Origin: Chlamydiales bacterium
GTDB lineage: Bacteria > Chlamydiota > Chlamydiia > Chlamydiales > JAAZZY01
Assembly (NCBI GenBank): GCA_965206695.1
Contig: CBDBKM010000008.1
Span: 32,001 to 96,000 of the forward strand
DNA length: 64,000 bases
Direction of reading: 5' to 3'
The notes beneath the pieces are model-generated. The model did no database searches. It was not told the origin of the DNA and saw nothing but the letters and a program-made list of their open reading frames with translations. This document shows, in pieces, positions 9,891 through 19,942 of the stretch; within the stretch, counting starts at the first letter, position 1; each line of letters begins with the position of its first letter. The position numbers were made by a program, and so were the translations under genes.

Positions 9891-11050
9891 AAAGAAAACG
9901 TAAAATAATCAAACCCGATTATGCTACATTATTAGCTCATCTGATCATCCATTTTAGAAAGTATAATCCTGTAAAGGGTAACAGCTATGAAAAACCCTTA
10001 GATCGACTATTAAATTTAGAGTTTCAACAAGCAGCTCAACTGATCGCCCGTATTGAAAAAACAGGTCTTGGCTTAATTAATAAAGATAACCGATTTTTAG
10101 GTGCATATCTACTGTATCAATGGATCAAACAGTACGCTGCCGGGCTATCCCTTTTATCTGAATTACCCGATGAGCCTCAAAAAGTCTTAGATCTTTCATT
10201 TGGAGCATCCCCTTTTTCTTTAGCAGCGTGTCAACATCGCGCCTATGATGTCTCTTTATGTAATAATAGAGTTGACCATATGGAACTGGCAGCCGGTATC
10301 TGTGGAAAGGAAGGACATACGCTATCGATTCGAAAATGGGATTATCACCCTAGAACATTTCCTCTATCAGGGCAGTTTGATGTCATCATTTTAGGCCATA
10401 CGCTTTCTCAGCTTTATGATGCTGATGATCATAAACAAAAAGAACTTGTTTTACATCTTTTTAAATATCTATCAGCCGATGGTCACATTTTAATAGTTGA
10501 AGATTCCTTTAAAGAAAATAATGCCCGTATCTTACAACTTCGTGATCAATTAATCGAAAAGAATGTCAAGGTTCAGGCCCCTTGTTTTTTTAAAGGTGCA
10601 TGCCCTGCCTTGAATAAAAATCAAGTTTGCTTTGCCCAAAGACCCTTTTCTCCTCCTAAACTTCTCAAAGACTTAGAGAGAAAAGCTTCTATTAAATCGG
10701 ATTCTATTAAAATCTCTTATTTACTACTAAAGTATCCAAAGTCTGATAACCCACACTTCATCCAAAATAATCTTTATCGTGTTACAAGTACGGCAATGGA
10801 TAGTTATAATGGCATCCGATTTTTAGTTTGTGGTCCTCATGGAACCAAATTCCTACAGTCCCATTTTAAAAATCATCCTCAAGAATCCATTGCTTTTCAA
10901 TACTTACGGCGAGGGGATATTATCTCTATTGAAGATGCCTTATCTGATAATCAGCATCTTCGTGTAATTGAAGGAACCAAACTCAAATTAATTGCTCCCG
11001 TAGGAAAGCCGGTGCCTGAAACCCCGCTTGCTGAAATGCATTATGAATAG
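9887..11050 (+). CDS. Rsm22/METTL17-like SAM-dependent methyltransferase-fold protein
   Basis: KVLDL..G, FDVIILGHTL, GHILIVE, APC..GACP..CFAQR. Confidence 0.65.
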   Translation: MKRKRKIIKPDYATLLAHLIIHFRKYNPVKGNSYEKPLDRLLNLEFQQAAQLIARIEKTGLGLINKDNRFLGAYLLYQWIKQYAAGLSLLSELPDEPQKVLDLSFGASPFSLAACQHRAYDVSLCNNRVDHMELAAGICGKEGHTLSIRKWDYHPRTFPLSGQFDVIILGHTLSQLYDADDHKQKELVLHLFKYLSADGHILIVEDSFKENNARILQLRDQLIEKNVKVQAPCFFKGACPALNKNQVCFAQRPFSPPKLLKDLERKASIKSDSIKISYLLLKYPKSDNPHFIQNNLYRVTSTAMDSYNGIRFLVCGPHGTKFLQSHFKNHPQESIAFQYLRRGDIISIEDALSDNQHLRVIEGTKLKLIAPVGKPVPETPLAEMHYE

Positions 11051-11084
11051 CTTGGATAATATGACACGAATCGTCATCATAAGT

Positions 11085-11206
11085 ATCTTTCGGGAGTTTC
11101 GCACAATAAAAATGCGTTATTAAAATATTTTTTCATCAACAAAATCGGGAAATGATAAGGCCCGCTATTAATTTAAATATGCAAAATATTTTGACTATGT
11201 GTTAAC
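11085..11206 (+). mobile_element. IS701-like 3'-end remnant
   Basis: About 90 bp closely matching the reverse complement of 19447-19540. Confidence 0.6.
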
Positions 11207-11484
11207 ATCCATGTGTGGAATTTTCGGTGGTTTCTGATAAGTTTTTTCGGAATAATATAGGAGTGAGCAGATGATTAGAGGACTTTTAAAGCGAGCTAAA
11301 TTGATACAACTTTTATTACGCAACAAGCCCTCTTCATCAATCGGTAAAAGATTTCTATCCTCTCTTACAACTAACAACATACCACTTGTCGTCTTAAAAC
11401 TCCCTTCTCAGAATAACAACAATTTCGAAGTATAAGTGAAAAGGGCATCAAAAATTAAAATAAATTTTAATTTATTTTTAATCG

Positions 11485-12777
11485 TTATATCATATGTATA
11501 AGAAGATAAGCTATAAATCCTGCTATATAAGCCAGGAATGCGGTTAGGCTGATTTTTTTAAAATACCAAAAGAAATCCACTTTCTCCATACCCATCAACG
11601 CTACTCCTGCCGCTGAACCAATGATTAGAATACTACCGCCGGTACCTGCACAATAAGCAATCATTTCCCATAATTTGCAATCAATCGGGTAGAGATGAAG
11701 ATCATACATTCCCATACAAGCAGCGACTAGAGGCACATTGTCAATAATCGCTGATAATAGCCCTATAAAAGTTGCGAGTGCTTCAGCATTTGACATATGA
11801 GCATCGAGCCAAATAGCAGCCGATTTTAACAAACCTGCGGACTCTAAAGATTTTACAGACAATAAAATACCTAAGAAAAATAAAATTCCCGTTGTATCAA
11901 TTTTTGTTAAGATATGAGGCATACGTAAATGGTCTCGCCCCGGTTTATTATGATGCAACAAATCTGTAATAATCCATAAAGCACTTAAGCCTATTAACAT
12001 CCCCATAAACGGGGGCAAGCCTGTTAACGCTTTTAAAATAGGTACAAAGGTTAAAGCTAAAAGGCCGACATAAAAAATCATCCTTCCCTTTGGCTCTAAC
12101 ACATCTAGCTCTACAATTCCCTTTTGTATTTTAGAAGAAGGATGCCTCCGAAGTTTTAGACTTTGGTAAGATAAAGCTACCCCTAAAGATGCTAGGCTAG
12201 GAATAAAAAGAGCCCTCATAATAGAGAAGGAACTAATTTGACCATTGATCCACAGCATCGTAGTCGTAACATCACCTATCGGTGTCCAAGCTCCGCCCGC
12301 ATTAGCTGCGATAACTGCCATACAACCAAATAATACTCTCTCGCTTCTATCAGGAATCAATTTTCTTAAAAGAGAGACAACAACAATAGTCGAAGTCAGA
12401 TTATCTAACACTGCCGACATAAAAAAAGTTAAAATCCCGATAATCCAAAGAAGCTTCCTCTTAGAATGGGTATTTATAAAATCAGTAATTATTTGAAATC
12501 CTTTATGAGCATCAACAATTTCTACAATTGCCATGGCTCCTATTAGAAAAAAAATAATTTGAGAGACATCCGCCAAATGATGGCCCAAAATACGTAAATT
12601 TTCATCTAAAGGATACGAGCCACCTACAAAATAAAGTGTCCAGCAAACAACGGCTACAAATAACGCAGCGCATGCTTTATTAATTCTGAAGAAGTGTTCA
12701 CAGGTGATAAATACATACCCTATGATGAAAACGAAAAGAATTGCGAGATTGGTAAAATTGATTGTATCCATATTCAA
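11485..12777 (-). CDS. nhaD: NhaD-family Na+/H+ antiporter
   Basis: SAVLDNLTST, AANAGGAWTPIGDVTTTMLW, SAIIDNVPLV, CAGTGGSILIIGSAAGV. Confidence 0.9.
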   Translation of the reverse strand: MNMDTINFTNLAILFVFIIGYVFITCEHFFRINKACAALFVAVVCWTLYFVGGSYPLDENLRILGHHLADVSQIIFFLIGAMAIVEIVDAHKGFQIITDFINTHSKRKLLWIIGILTFFMSAVLDNLTSTIVVVSLLRKLIPDRSERVLFGCMAVIAANAGGAWTPIGDVTTTMLWINGQISSFSIMRALFIPSLASLGVALSYQSLKLRRHPSSKIQKGIVELDVLEPKGRMIFYVGLLALTFVPILKALTGLPPFMGMLIGLSALWIITDLLHHNKPGRDHLRMPHILTKIDTTGILFFLGILLSVKSLESAGLLKSAAIWLDAHMSNAEALATFIGLLSAIIDNVPLVAACMGMYDLHLYPIDCKLWEMIAYCAGTGGSILIIGSAAGVALMGMEKVDFFWYFKKISLTAFLAYIAGFIAYLLIHMI

Positions 12778-13406
12778 TATAAAACTGCCTTAAGAGGCCA
12801 AAAATAGGGGGTAAAAAAAGTACATACTACGATTAAGATTACAGTTAAAGGAATAGCGATGCGTACGTAGTCCGTGAATGTATAACCCCCGGGGCCATAG
12901 ATTATAGTGTTTGTTTGATAACCGATAGGTGTTACGAAAGAATAACTAGCGGCAATAGCAATGATCACTCCTATAACTTTGATAGAAGTCATATCAATAT
13001 AACCTGCTGAACGCCCAACCTCAATCGCTAATGGGAAAATTATCAGTGCAGCGACGTTATTTGTTATCGTTTCGGTAACACCCGGAGTAATAAAAAAAAA
13101 TCCTCCAATAAATAGGTGAGGATGGTTGCCAATCGCAGAAATAATATTTCTACTAAGCATTTGGGTAATGCCCGATGACATGATCGCATAACTTAATGAA
13201 AAAGTATTGCCAATGAAAATAAGAGCCGCGAAGACAGCAATAAAAATGGCAAGTGTCCACCAAGTAGAGCATCTGAGTCCCGACAAATTGAAAGTATCTA
13301 AAAGAAAATTGTGTGCAGATACATGTAACCAATCTCCTGCGATAGACCGGAAAACAGCCATCGTGAAAAACAGAGTAAAAAGAAGAAAGCGAACTTTTGT
13401 TAACAT
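12774..13406 (-). pseudogene. SLC13/divalent anion:Na+ symporter family permease, internally deleted
   Basis: C-terminal motifs TETITNNVAA and SFVTPIGYQTN..YGPGGY..DY are present, but the ORF is only 210 aa. Confidence 0.65.
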
Positions 13407-13611
13407 GTCATGATTTTTAAACTTGATAAACTATTTATTATAAAGCGCCAAAGATTGTAGCTAATCATTCATTGATTGTCAGTATGAAAAAAATATAGCT
13501 TGTTAATCCAAGATGTGGTGGTTTTTAATATATCAATAATTTAATTTTAATTTTCCTCCTTATTATTTATAAAATTCGTTGCAAAAAGTCTTTATTTTTT
13601 TATACTCACAT

Positions 13612-14166
13612 ATGGAACCTTATATCAAAACATATAGCTCTATAGCACCCAAGCTTTTAAAAAAAGCTCTTTTTCGTGGTATTATCTTAGCTTTAACGGG
13701 CATGATGCTTCTATTTGCTACAGGCACCTTTTTGAATATTAAGCAATTGGAAATATGGGGCTTACCTATTTTTATATTAAGCTTTACTCTTGTTGTAATC
13801 GGCTTGCTTCCTTATAAACGATTGTTAAAAAAAGAGACTGTACCCGATACAATTCTATTAAAAGAGACAGTTATTCAGTATCAAAAAAATCGAGATTTGC
13901 TATTAACGATCCCTATATTGGCTATAAAAAGAATCGCATATAAGGATATAGGTAATGGGTATGGTATTGCTTTTTGGTTTACAGATGAAAAAAATAAACC
14001 TATGCGCTATCATCAAAAATTTTTAAAATTAGAAAAATTATCCCTTTTAGCTAATAATAAATTTGCATGTGATGTGTTTTTGCCCTATTTCACAGAAAAA
14101 TCTTGTAAAGAACTAGAATCATTTTTAACAGCTCCCAACGCTAAAGCAAAGGGTTTTCTCGCTTAA
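13612..14166 (+). CDS. Hypothetical membrane protein (two N-terminal TM helices)
   Basis: ORF track entry 13579-14166; ATG at 13612 preferred; last ~13 codons come from a mini-element. Confidence 0.7.
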   Translation: MEPYIKTYSSIAPKLLKKALFRGIILALTGMMLLFATGTFLNIKQLEIWGLPIFILSFTLVVIGLLPYKRLLKKETVPDTILLKETVIQYQKNRDLLLTIPILAIKRIAYKDIGNGYGIAFWFTDEKNKPMRYHQKFLKLEKLSLLANNKFACDVFLPYFTEKSCKELESFLTAPNAKAKGFLA

Positions 14167-14171
14167 TTGTC
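14125..14171 (-). mobile_element. 47-bp IS605-group mini-element (fused left and right ends, PATE-like)
   Basis: Minus strand TTAT|GACAATTAAGCGAGAAAACCCTTTGCTTTAGCGTTGGGAGCTGTTAA; 5' part matches the left end at 5696, 3' part resembles a right end. Confidence 0.65.
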
Positions 14172-15129
14172 ATAAGCCGGACTGTAAAATATCGTGCATT
14201 TTGATAAGCCCCATAACTTGATCTGTTTCATCAAGAACAGGCAAAACCGTTACAGGGCTTTTTTGATCCGCTTCCATTAATTTCATCGCTTCAGTTGCCA
14301 TAGCTTCAGGAGAAATCGTTTTTGGTTGTTTCGTTGCCAACCCTTTAATAGGCTGATTCAAGACATCAACACCTTGATTTTGCAAAGCTCTTCTTAAATC
14401 GCCATCAGTAAAAATACCCAGCAAATGATTACTTTTATCAATTAATAAAAGACAACCACAACGTTTGTTAGAAAGTTCTACTAACATATCGATCAATTTA
14501 TCATCAGGTGAGCATGTGGGTAGGACCTCTCCTGAAATCATTAAATCTTTAACTTTTAATGTAATTCTTTTTCCTATCCGACCTGCGGGATGATTCTCTG
14601 CGTAATCTTCAATACTAAAATTTTTCTTTTTCATTAAAGCAACAGCTAAAATATCCCCGAAAATAAGTTGAACAACCGTGGAGGTTGTTGGTGCTAAATC
14701 AAAAGGACAAAGTTCCCTTTGAACAGGTAGATAGATGGACTTATCACATGCTTTTGCTAAACGACTATTTTTCTCAGAGGCCAGCGCAATAATGAATGCG
14801 CCCTTATTACGGATATAAGGAATAAGATGAAGTAATTCATCTGTTTCACCACTTTTACTAATCAGAATAACAATATCCTTAGCAGTAACAATACCTAGAT
14901 CTCCATGTAATATATTTACAGAAGTCAAAAACAAAGAGCGAGTACCGGTTGATACCATTGTGACAGCAATTTTTTCAGCAATAATCCCACTTTTCCCAAT
15001 GCCTGTAAAAAAAATTTCCCCTGAACAGTTATATAGTATTTCGATAAGCTTTTCTACTTGTTGTAGATCAATATGATCGAAGAAATAATTCAAATACTTT
15101 CTTTGCTCTTTAAACAAATCTTCTAACAT
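14170..15129 (-). CDS. kdsD: Arabinose-5-phosphate isomerase (KpsF/GutQ family, SIS plus CBS domains)
   Basis: GIGKSG, HGDLG, SKSGET, LAPTTST, HPAG, GIFTDGDLRR. Confidence 0.92.
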   Translation of the reverse strand: MLEDLFKEQRKYLNYFFDHIDLQQVEKLIEILYNCSGEIFFTGIGKSGIIAEKIAVTMVSTGTRSLFLTSVNILHGDLGIVTAKDIVILISKSGETDELLHLIPYIRNKGAFIIALASEKNSRLAKACDKSIYLPVQRELCPFDLAPTTSTVVQLIFGDILAVALMKKKNFSIEDYAENHPAGRIGKRITLKVKDLMISGEVLPTCSPDDKLIDMLVELSNKRCGCLLLIDKSNHLLGIFTDGDLRRALQNQGVDVLNQPIKGLATKQPKTISPEAMATEAMKLMEADQKSPVTVLPVLDETDQVMGLIKMHDILQSGL

Positions 15130-15313
15130 TCAATGTATACCATATAAAGACTTTCATAAAATTATTTAATTATACATTTAAAATTCCTTGAAGTCTTCAA
15201 AAAAATGAACTATAAGTTTAGGTTTTATTTTTTAAATGAACCGCTGTTTGAGAATGATAAAATGAATCAAAATAAGCTTATTTCTTAGTAAAACTCCCTT
15301 GAAGGAATTATGC

Positions 15314-16528
15314 ATGTCTAAAATAAAAGTGAAAAATCCAATTGTTGAGATTGATGGCGATGAAATGACGCGGATTATTTGGCAGATGATCAAAGATCAA
15401 CTAATCCTCCCCTATCTTGATATTGATTTAAAACGTTTCGATCTTAGTATAGAAAGTCGAGACCAAACAAATGATCAAATCACCATCGATGCCGCTAATG
15501 CAATTAAAAAATATCGCGTCGGAGCTAAATGTGCGACCATCACACCGGATGAAGAAAGGGTAAAAGAATTTAATTTAAAAAAGATGTGGCGCTCTCCTAA
15601 TGGAACCATACGAAATATCTTAGGCGGTACAGTCTTTCGCCAACCCATACTTTGTAAAAATATTCCAAAACCGGTACCAAACTGGACAAAACCAATTATC
15701 ATCGGTCGTCATGCTTTTGGCGATCAATATCGGGCTACAGACTTTATTATTCCCGGCAAAGGAAAGCTCACAATGACCTTCACTCCTGCTGACGGTTCTA
15801 AGCCTATTTCATATGAAGTCTTTGATTTTCAAGATAAAGGCGTTGCTATGTCTATGTATAACCTTGACGAATCGATACGAGGTTTTGCAAGGGCTTGTTT
15901 CAATTATGGGTTAGAATTAAAATGGCCGGTCTATTTGTCTACTAAAAATACTATTTTAAAAGTCTACGATGGACGCTTTAAAGATCTTTTTCAAGAAATA
16001 TACGAAGTCGAATTTAAAGATGCTTTCGAAAAAACAGGCATCCATTATGAGCATCGACTAATCGATGATATGGTTGCTTGTGCTCTTAAATGGAAGGGTG
16101 GTTACGTGTGGGCCTGTAAAAATTATGATGGCGATGTACAATCTGATATAGTAGCACAAGGTTTTGGCTCCCTCGGACTCATGACAAGTGTCTTAATGAC
16201 ACCTGATGGCAAAACCGTAGAGGCTGAAGCTGCTCATGGAACGGTTACAAGACATTTTAGACAATATCAGCAAGGGAAAGAGACTTCTACCAATCCTATG
16301 GCTTCTATCTTTGCCTGGACCGGAGCTCTTGCTCATAGAGGCAAGTTTGATAATACACCTGAGGTCGTCGATTTTGCAGAAAAACTGGAAAAGGTATGTA
16401 TTGATACTGTTGAAAGTGGCGATATGACTAAAGACTTAGCTCTCCTAATCGGCCCGAACACTCAATGGTTAAATACGCAAGGTTTTTTAAATAAAATCGA
16501 AACCAATTTCAAAAAGGTTCCGGGATAA
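15314..16528 (+). CDS. icd: NADP-dependent isocitrate dehydrogenase (eukaryote-like subfamily II)
   Basis: [54 protein letters not shown]. Confidence 0.95.
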   Translation: MSKIKVKNPIVEIDGDEMTRIIWQMIKDQLILPYLDIDLKRFDLSIESRDQTNDQITIDAANAIKKYRVGAKCATITPDEERVKEFNLKKMWRSPNGTIRNILGGTVFRQPILCKNIPKPVPNWTKPIIIGRHAFGDQYRATDFIIPGKGKLTMTFTPADGSKPISYEVFDFQDKGVAMSMYNLDESIRGFARACFNYGLELKWPVYLSTKNTILKVYDGRFKDLFQEIYEVEFKDAFEKTGIHYEHRLIDDMVACALKWKGGYVWACKNYDGDVQSDIVAQGFGSLGLMTSVLMTPDGKTVEAEAAHGTVTRHFRQYQQGKETSTNPMASIFAWTGALAHRGKFDNTPEVVDFAEKLEKVCIDTVESGDMTKDLALLIGPNTQWLNTQGFLNKIETNFKKVPG

Positions 16529-16537
16529 TTGCAGTTA

Positions 16538-16565
16538 GCTAAACTGTAGACATCTACGGTTTAGC
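16538..16565. terminator. Inverted repeat between convergent icd and E2 genes; possible bidirectional terminator
   Basis: GCTAAACTGTAG-ACAT-CTACGGTTTAGC. Confidence 0.5.
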
Positions 16566-17766
16566 CTCTCTTTTCTAAAATTTGTTTCAAAAGGTTCAAG
16601 AAGCCGGCACCGTACATTCCGTCGATAATACGATGATCAAAAGTCAAAGTAATATTGACCACACTTCTTACTCCAAAAGTATCATCTTCTAAAACGGCAA
16701 CCTTTTTATGAATAGCTCCAATGCCAACAATCGCAACTTCAGGATTTCGAATGATTGGAATGCCTATTAAGGTTCCTGACATGCCAAAATTTGTCATTGT
16801 AATGGTTCCTTTAGAAACATCATCCTGAGTCAATTTAGCGGATCTGGCACGAGAAGACAAGTCTGCTACGTTACCGGCAAGGCTTATTAAATCTTTTTTA
16901 TGACAATCTTTAATAACAGGTACAACAAGCCCTTTCTCTAAGCTAACCGCAATACCTATATTGATAAAGCGCTTAATTACAATCGTATCTTCTTCTAACG
17001 AGGCGTTAATGATCGGAAATTGCTGTGCAGAAGAGGCAATCGCTTCAAGAATATAGCTTGTAATCGTTAACTTATACCCATGCTCTTTTAAAAATGCTTC
17101 TTTATTGTTTTTGATTAATTTAACTATCGATGTTACATCAACCTCAGCAATTAACGAGGCATGTGGAGCTTCATAAAACGATTTGACCATATTATCTGCG
17201 ATCGCTTTACGAATCCCTGTTAATTTCATTAATTCAATATCTACATGATCATCCTTAGGAATGAGATGAGACCCTATTTCTGATAGTGAGGTGGGTTTAG
17301 AACACATTCTTAAAGAGATGAGATCCGCAACATCTTTTTTGGTTACGCGTCCACCCGCCCCGGTCCCGGCTATTTTAGATAACTCCTCTAAAGGTATTTT
17401 AGATTCCCTTGCCATATTTAAAACAGAAGGAGAGAAAAAATCTTTTTTCTCTTCTGACTCTACTCTCAAATCGACTTGAGTAGATATATCGTTAATTTGT
17501 ACAGACTGTTCTTCAGATAATGCTTGAAGCTCAATTAATGCCAAAGGCGCCCCTACATCTGCTTCTACATCAACATCAACTAATATTTTTGAAAGAACCC
17601 CTGAGACAGGGGAAGGAATTTCACTATTTATTTTATCGGTAGAAACTTCTAAGAGTGCTTCATCTTTACCTATATGATCGCCTACTTTTTTTAACCATTG
17701 CACAACGCGAGCGTTAACAATACTTTCTCCAAGTTTAGGTAATTGAATTGCAATTAAATCCGCCAT
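16561..17766 (-). CDS. sucB: 2-oxo-acid dehydrogenase E2 (dihydrolipoamide acyltransferase)
   Basis: Lipoyl domain EVSTDKI, E3-binding GTGAGGRVTKKD, catalytic FDHRIIDG. Substrate specificity (SucB versus branched-chain E2) is uncertain. Confidence 0.8.
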   Translation of the reverse strand: MADLIAIQLPKLGESIVNARVVQWLKKVGDHIGKDEALLEVSTDKINSEIPSPVSGVLSKILVDVDVEADVGAPLALIELQALSEEQSVQINDISTQVDLRVESEEKKDFFSPSVLNMARESKIPLEELSKIAGTGAGGRVTKKDVADLISLRMCSKPTSLSEIGSHLIPKDDHVDIELMKLTGIRKAIADNMVKSFYEAPHASLIAEVDVTSIVKLIKNNKEAFLKEHGYKLTITSYILEAIASSAQQFPIINASLEEDTIVIKRFINIGIAVSLEKGLVVPVIKDCHKKDLISLAGNVADLSSRARSAKLTQDDVSKGTITMTNFGMSGTLIGIPIIRNPEVAIVGIGAIHKKVAVLEDDTFGVRSVVNITLTFDHRIIDGMYGAGFLNLLKQILEKRG

Positions 17767-17835
17767 AATATAAGATCCGGTAGTTTTTTTTTTGAAAATT
17801 AATTATATAAATAAATTAGATTAATTTAAGGTTAA

Positions 17836-19071
17836 TCACACATCGCTTTCTTCAATTCCTTTAATAAAAACTTGATTATAACGATCTTCATCTAGCTCGC
17901 CTTCTGTTTTAGCAACATAAACGGCTACAACAGCATCTCCGGCAATATTTACCACAGTACCCACCATATCTCTTATTCTATCAATACCAAAAAGAATCGC
18001 TATTCCTTCTAAAGGAAGCCCTACAGAATTTAAAACAATAGATAAAAGAATAAAACCGGCCCCCGGAATACCCGCTGTTCCGATAGCAGACAAGGTTGCA
18101 GTTACAACAATCATTATAATATTTGTAAGTCCTAATTCTATATCATAAGCCTGAGCAATAAAAAGAGCTGCTACCCCTTGAAATATTGCTGTGCCATTCA
18201 TGTTAACGGTTGAGCCTAAAGGTAAAATAAATCTGGCAATATTTTTAGATACCCCTAGGTTTTCTTGTACACAATGTAAACTCACCGGCAGAGTGGCACT
18301 ACTGCTACTGGTGGAAAAAGCAAATGCAAAAGCATCTACCATACCTTTAAAAAATCTTATAGGATTTAATCCGGCCATAACAATCAGGATAAATCCGAAA
18401 ACGAGAAAAAATTGCGCCCCATATGCCAAGAAGATAACCCCTAATACCTTTAATAAAGGAAGCAAAATGGCAAACCCAAATTCCCCTGCTACAGACGCCA
18501 TAATAGCAAAAACTCCGATAGGAGCAAATTTCATAACCATATTGGTAAGGGTAAACATTACCTCAGCCGTAGATTCTAAGAAATTTAATAAAGGCTTCGA
18601 CTTATCTTTAGTAAACTGAATAGCCAGACCTAAGAAAATAGAAAAAACAATTACTTGTAAGACATTACCTTGAGAAAAAGAGGCAAATATATTTCTGGGA
18701 ACAATAGTAAACAGTGTTTCAGATAGTTTTGGAATTTCTCTTACACCATCAATAACTTCTATTGTCGTTAAACCAACTCCAAGCCCGGGCTTAAACAAGT
18801 TAGCAAATATAAGTCCAAAAAGAATTGCAATAGCTGTTGATACAATATAAAGCATAATTGTTTTGAAGCCAACTCGACCTAGCTTCTTTGGATCATCAAT
18901 ACTTGTGATACCAACCGTCATTGAAGAAAAAATCAATGGAATAATTAACATACTTATCAGGCTTAAGAACAGGCCGCCTATAGGTTTTAAAACTTCCGCT
19001 TTAGGACCAAGAAACACCCCCGTGACTGTACCTAAAAACATACCTATCAAAATTTTCATCCATAACTTCAT
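17836..19071 (-). CDS. gltT: Dicarboxylate/amino acid:cation symporter
   Basis: FSTSSSSATLP, PLGSTVNMNGTA, GIDRIRDM; ATG at 19071 with GAGGA upstream. Confidence 0.9.
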   Translation of the reverse strand: MKLWMKILIGMFLGTVTGVFLGPKAEVLKPIGGLFLSLISMLIIPLIFSSMTVGITSIDDPKKLGRVGFKTIMLYIVSTAIAILFGLIFANLFKPGLGVGLTTIEVIDGVREIPKLSETLFTIVPRNIFASFSQGNVLQVIVFSIFLGLAIQFTKDKSKPLLNFLESTAEVMFTLTNMVMKFAPIGVFAIMASVAGEFGFAILLPLLKVLGVIFLAYGAQFFLVFGFILIVMAGLNPIRFFKGMVDAFAFAFSTSSSSATLPVSLHCVQENLGVSKNIARFILPLGSTVNMNGTAIFQGVAALFIAQAYDIELGLTNIIMIVVTATLSAIGTAGIPGAGFILLSIVLNSVGLPLEGIAILFGIDRIRDMVGTVVNIAGDAVVAVYVAKTEGELDEDRYNQVFIKGIEESDV

Positions 19072-19446
19072 AGCAGTTCTCCTCTTGGTTGATTCAAATA
19101 ACTTATTTAGTGTTTTAAAGAGAGAATTAGAGAGGATCCGTAGGATCAAATATCCTATTGTAATTAGAATAAGAAACAGATTCTTCACAGGAGAAAACTA
19201 GTTCTCCGTTTCTTAAATAGGAGCATATTTCACAAGACTTTTTCTTATTTTTAATCAAAATATTTATATGATTTATTTTACAACTACACGAAGTATAGGG
19301 AAGTTTGGCTAAATTTGCAATAAAAAAACTATTTTAATCGGTAGTGTGAATAAAGTTCTTTAATAAAAACATTTGAAATATCAATGAGATCGGCTAAAAA
19401 AACTTACTAAAATCAAGAGTTTTAATCAGGAATTTCACGCGTAAGC

Positions 19447-19900
19447 GTTAACACATAGCCAAAATATTTTTCATATTTAAAGTAATAGCGGGCTTTATCA
19501 TTTCCCGATCTTGTTGATAAACAGATATTTTATCTCGCCTCCTTTGCTTAAATTTGTGTAACCAAGCATAAATAGACATAAAAATATGATTTCGTTACAC
19601 TCGTGCGTTACGATACTGCCGGCGCTTAGGGCCACGAGTTTGTTTCAATTCCCTATGATAAACTTCTGTTTTCCAACGAATCTTTATGATTTTTTCAACG
19701 TCATTACGACTAGGTTCTTCAATATTTAGTGACCACATAATCAATGCAACCATTTTTAGCCGAAAACTTGAAAGCCGTAATAAAACCATAACCGCACAAG
19801 TGAATGCTTAGTCCTTCATACGGAATATCCGAATCTGCCGAACTTACATTGCGATTAACTTTTTTATTTTTACGCAAACCGATGACAAAATTTAACCCTA
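19447..19900 (-). pseudogene. IS701-like transposase remnant
   Basis: RWKTEVYHRELKQT.G motif, multiple frameshifts. Confidence 0.6.
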
Positions 19901-19942
19901 TCTACTGATTTAAGTTGAAGAATTGATTTTTGCAACTAAACA

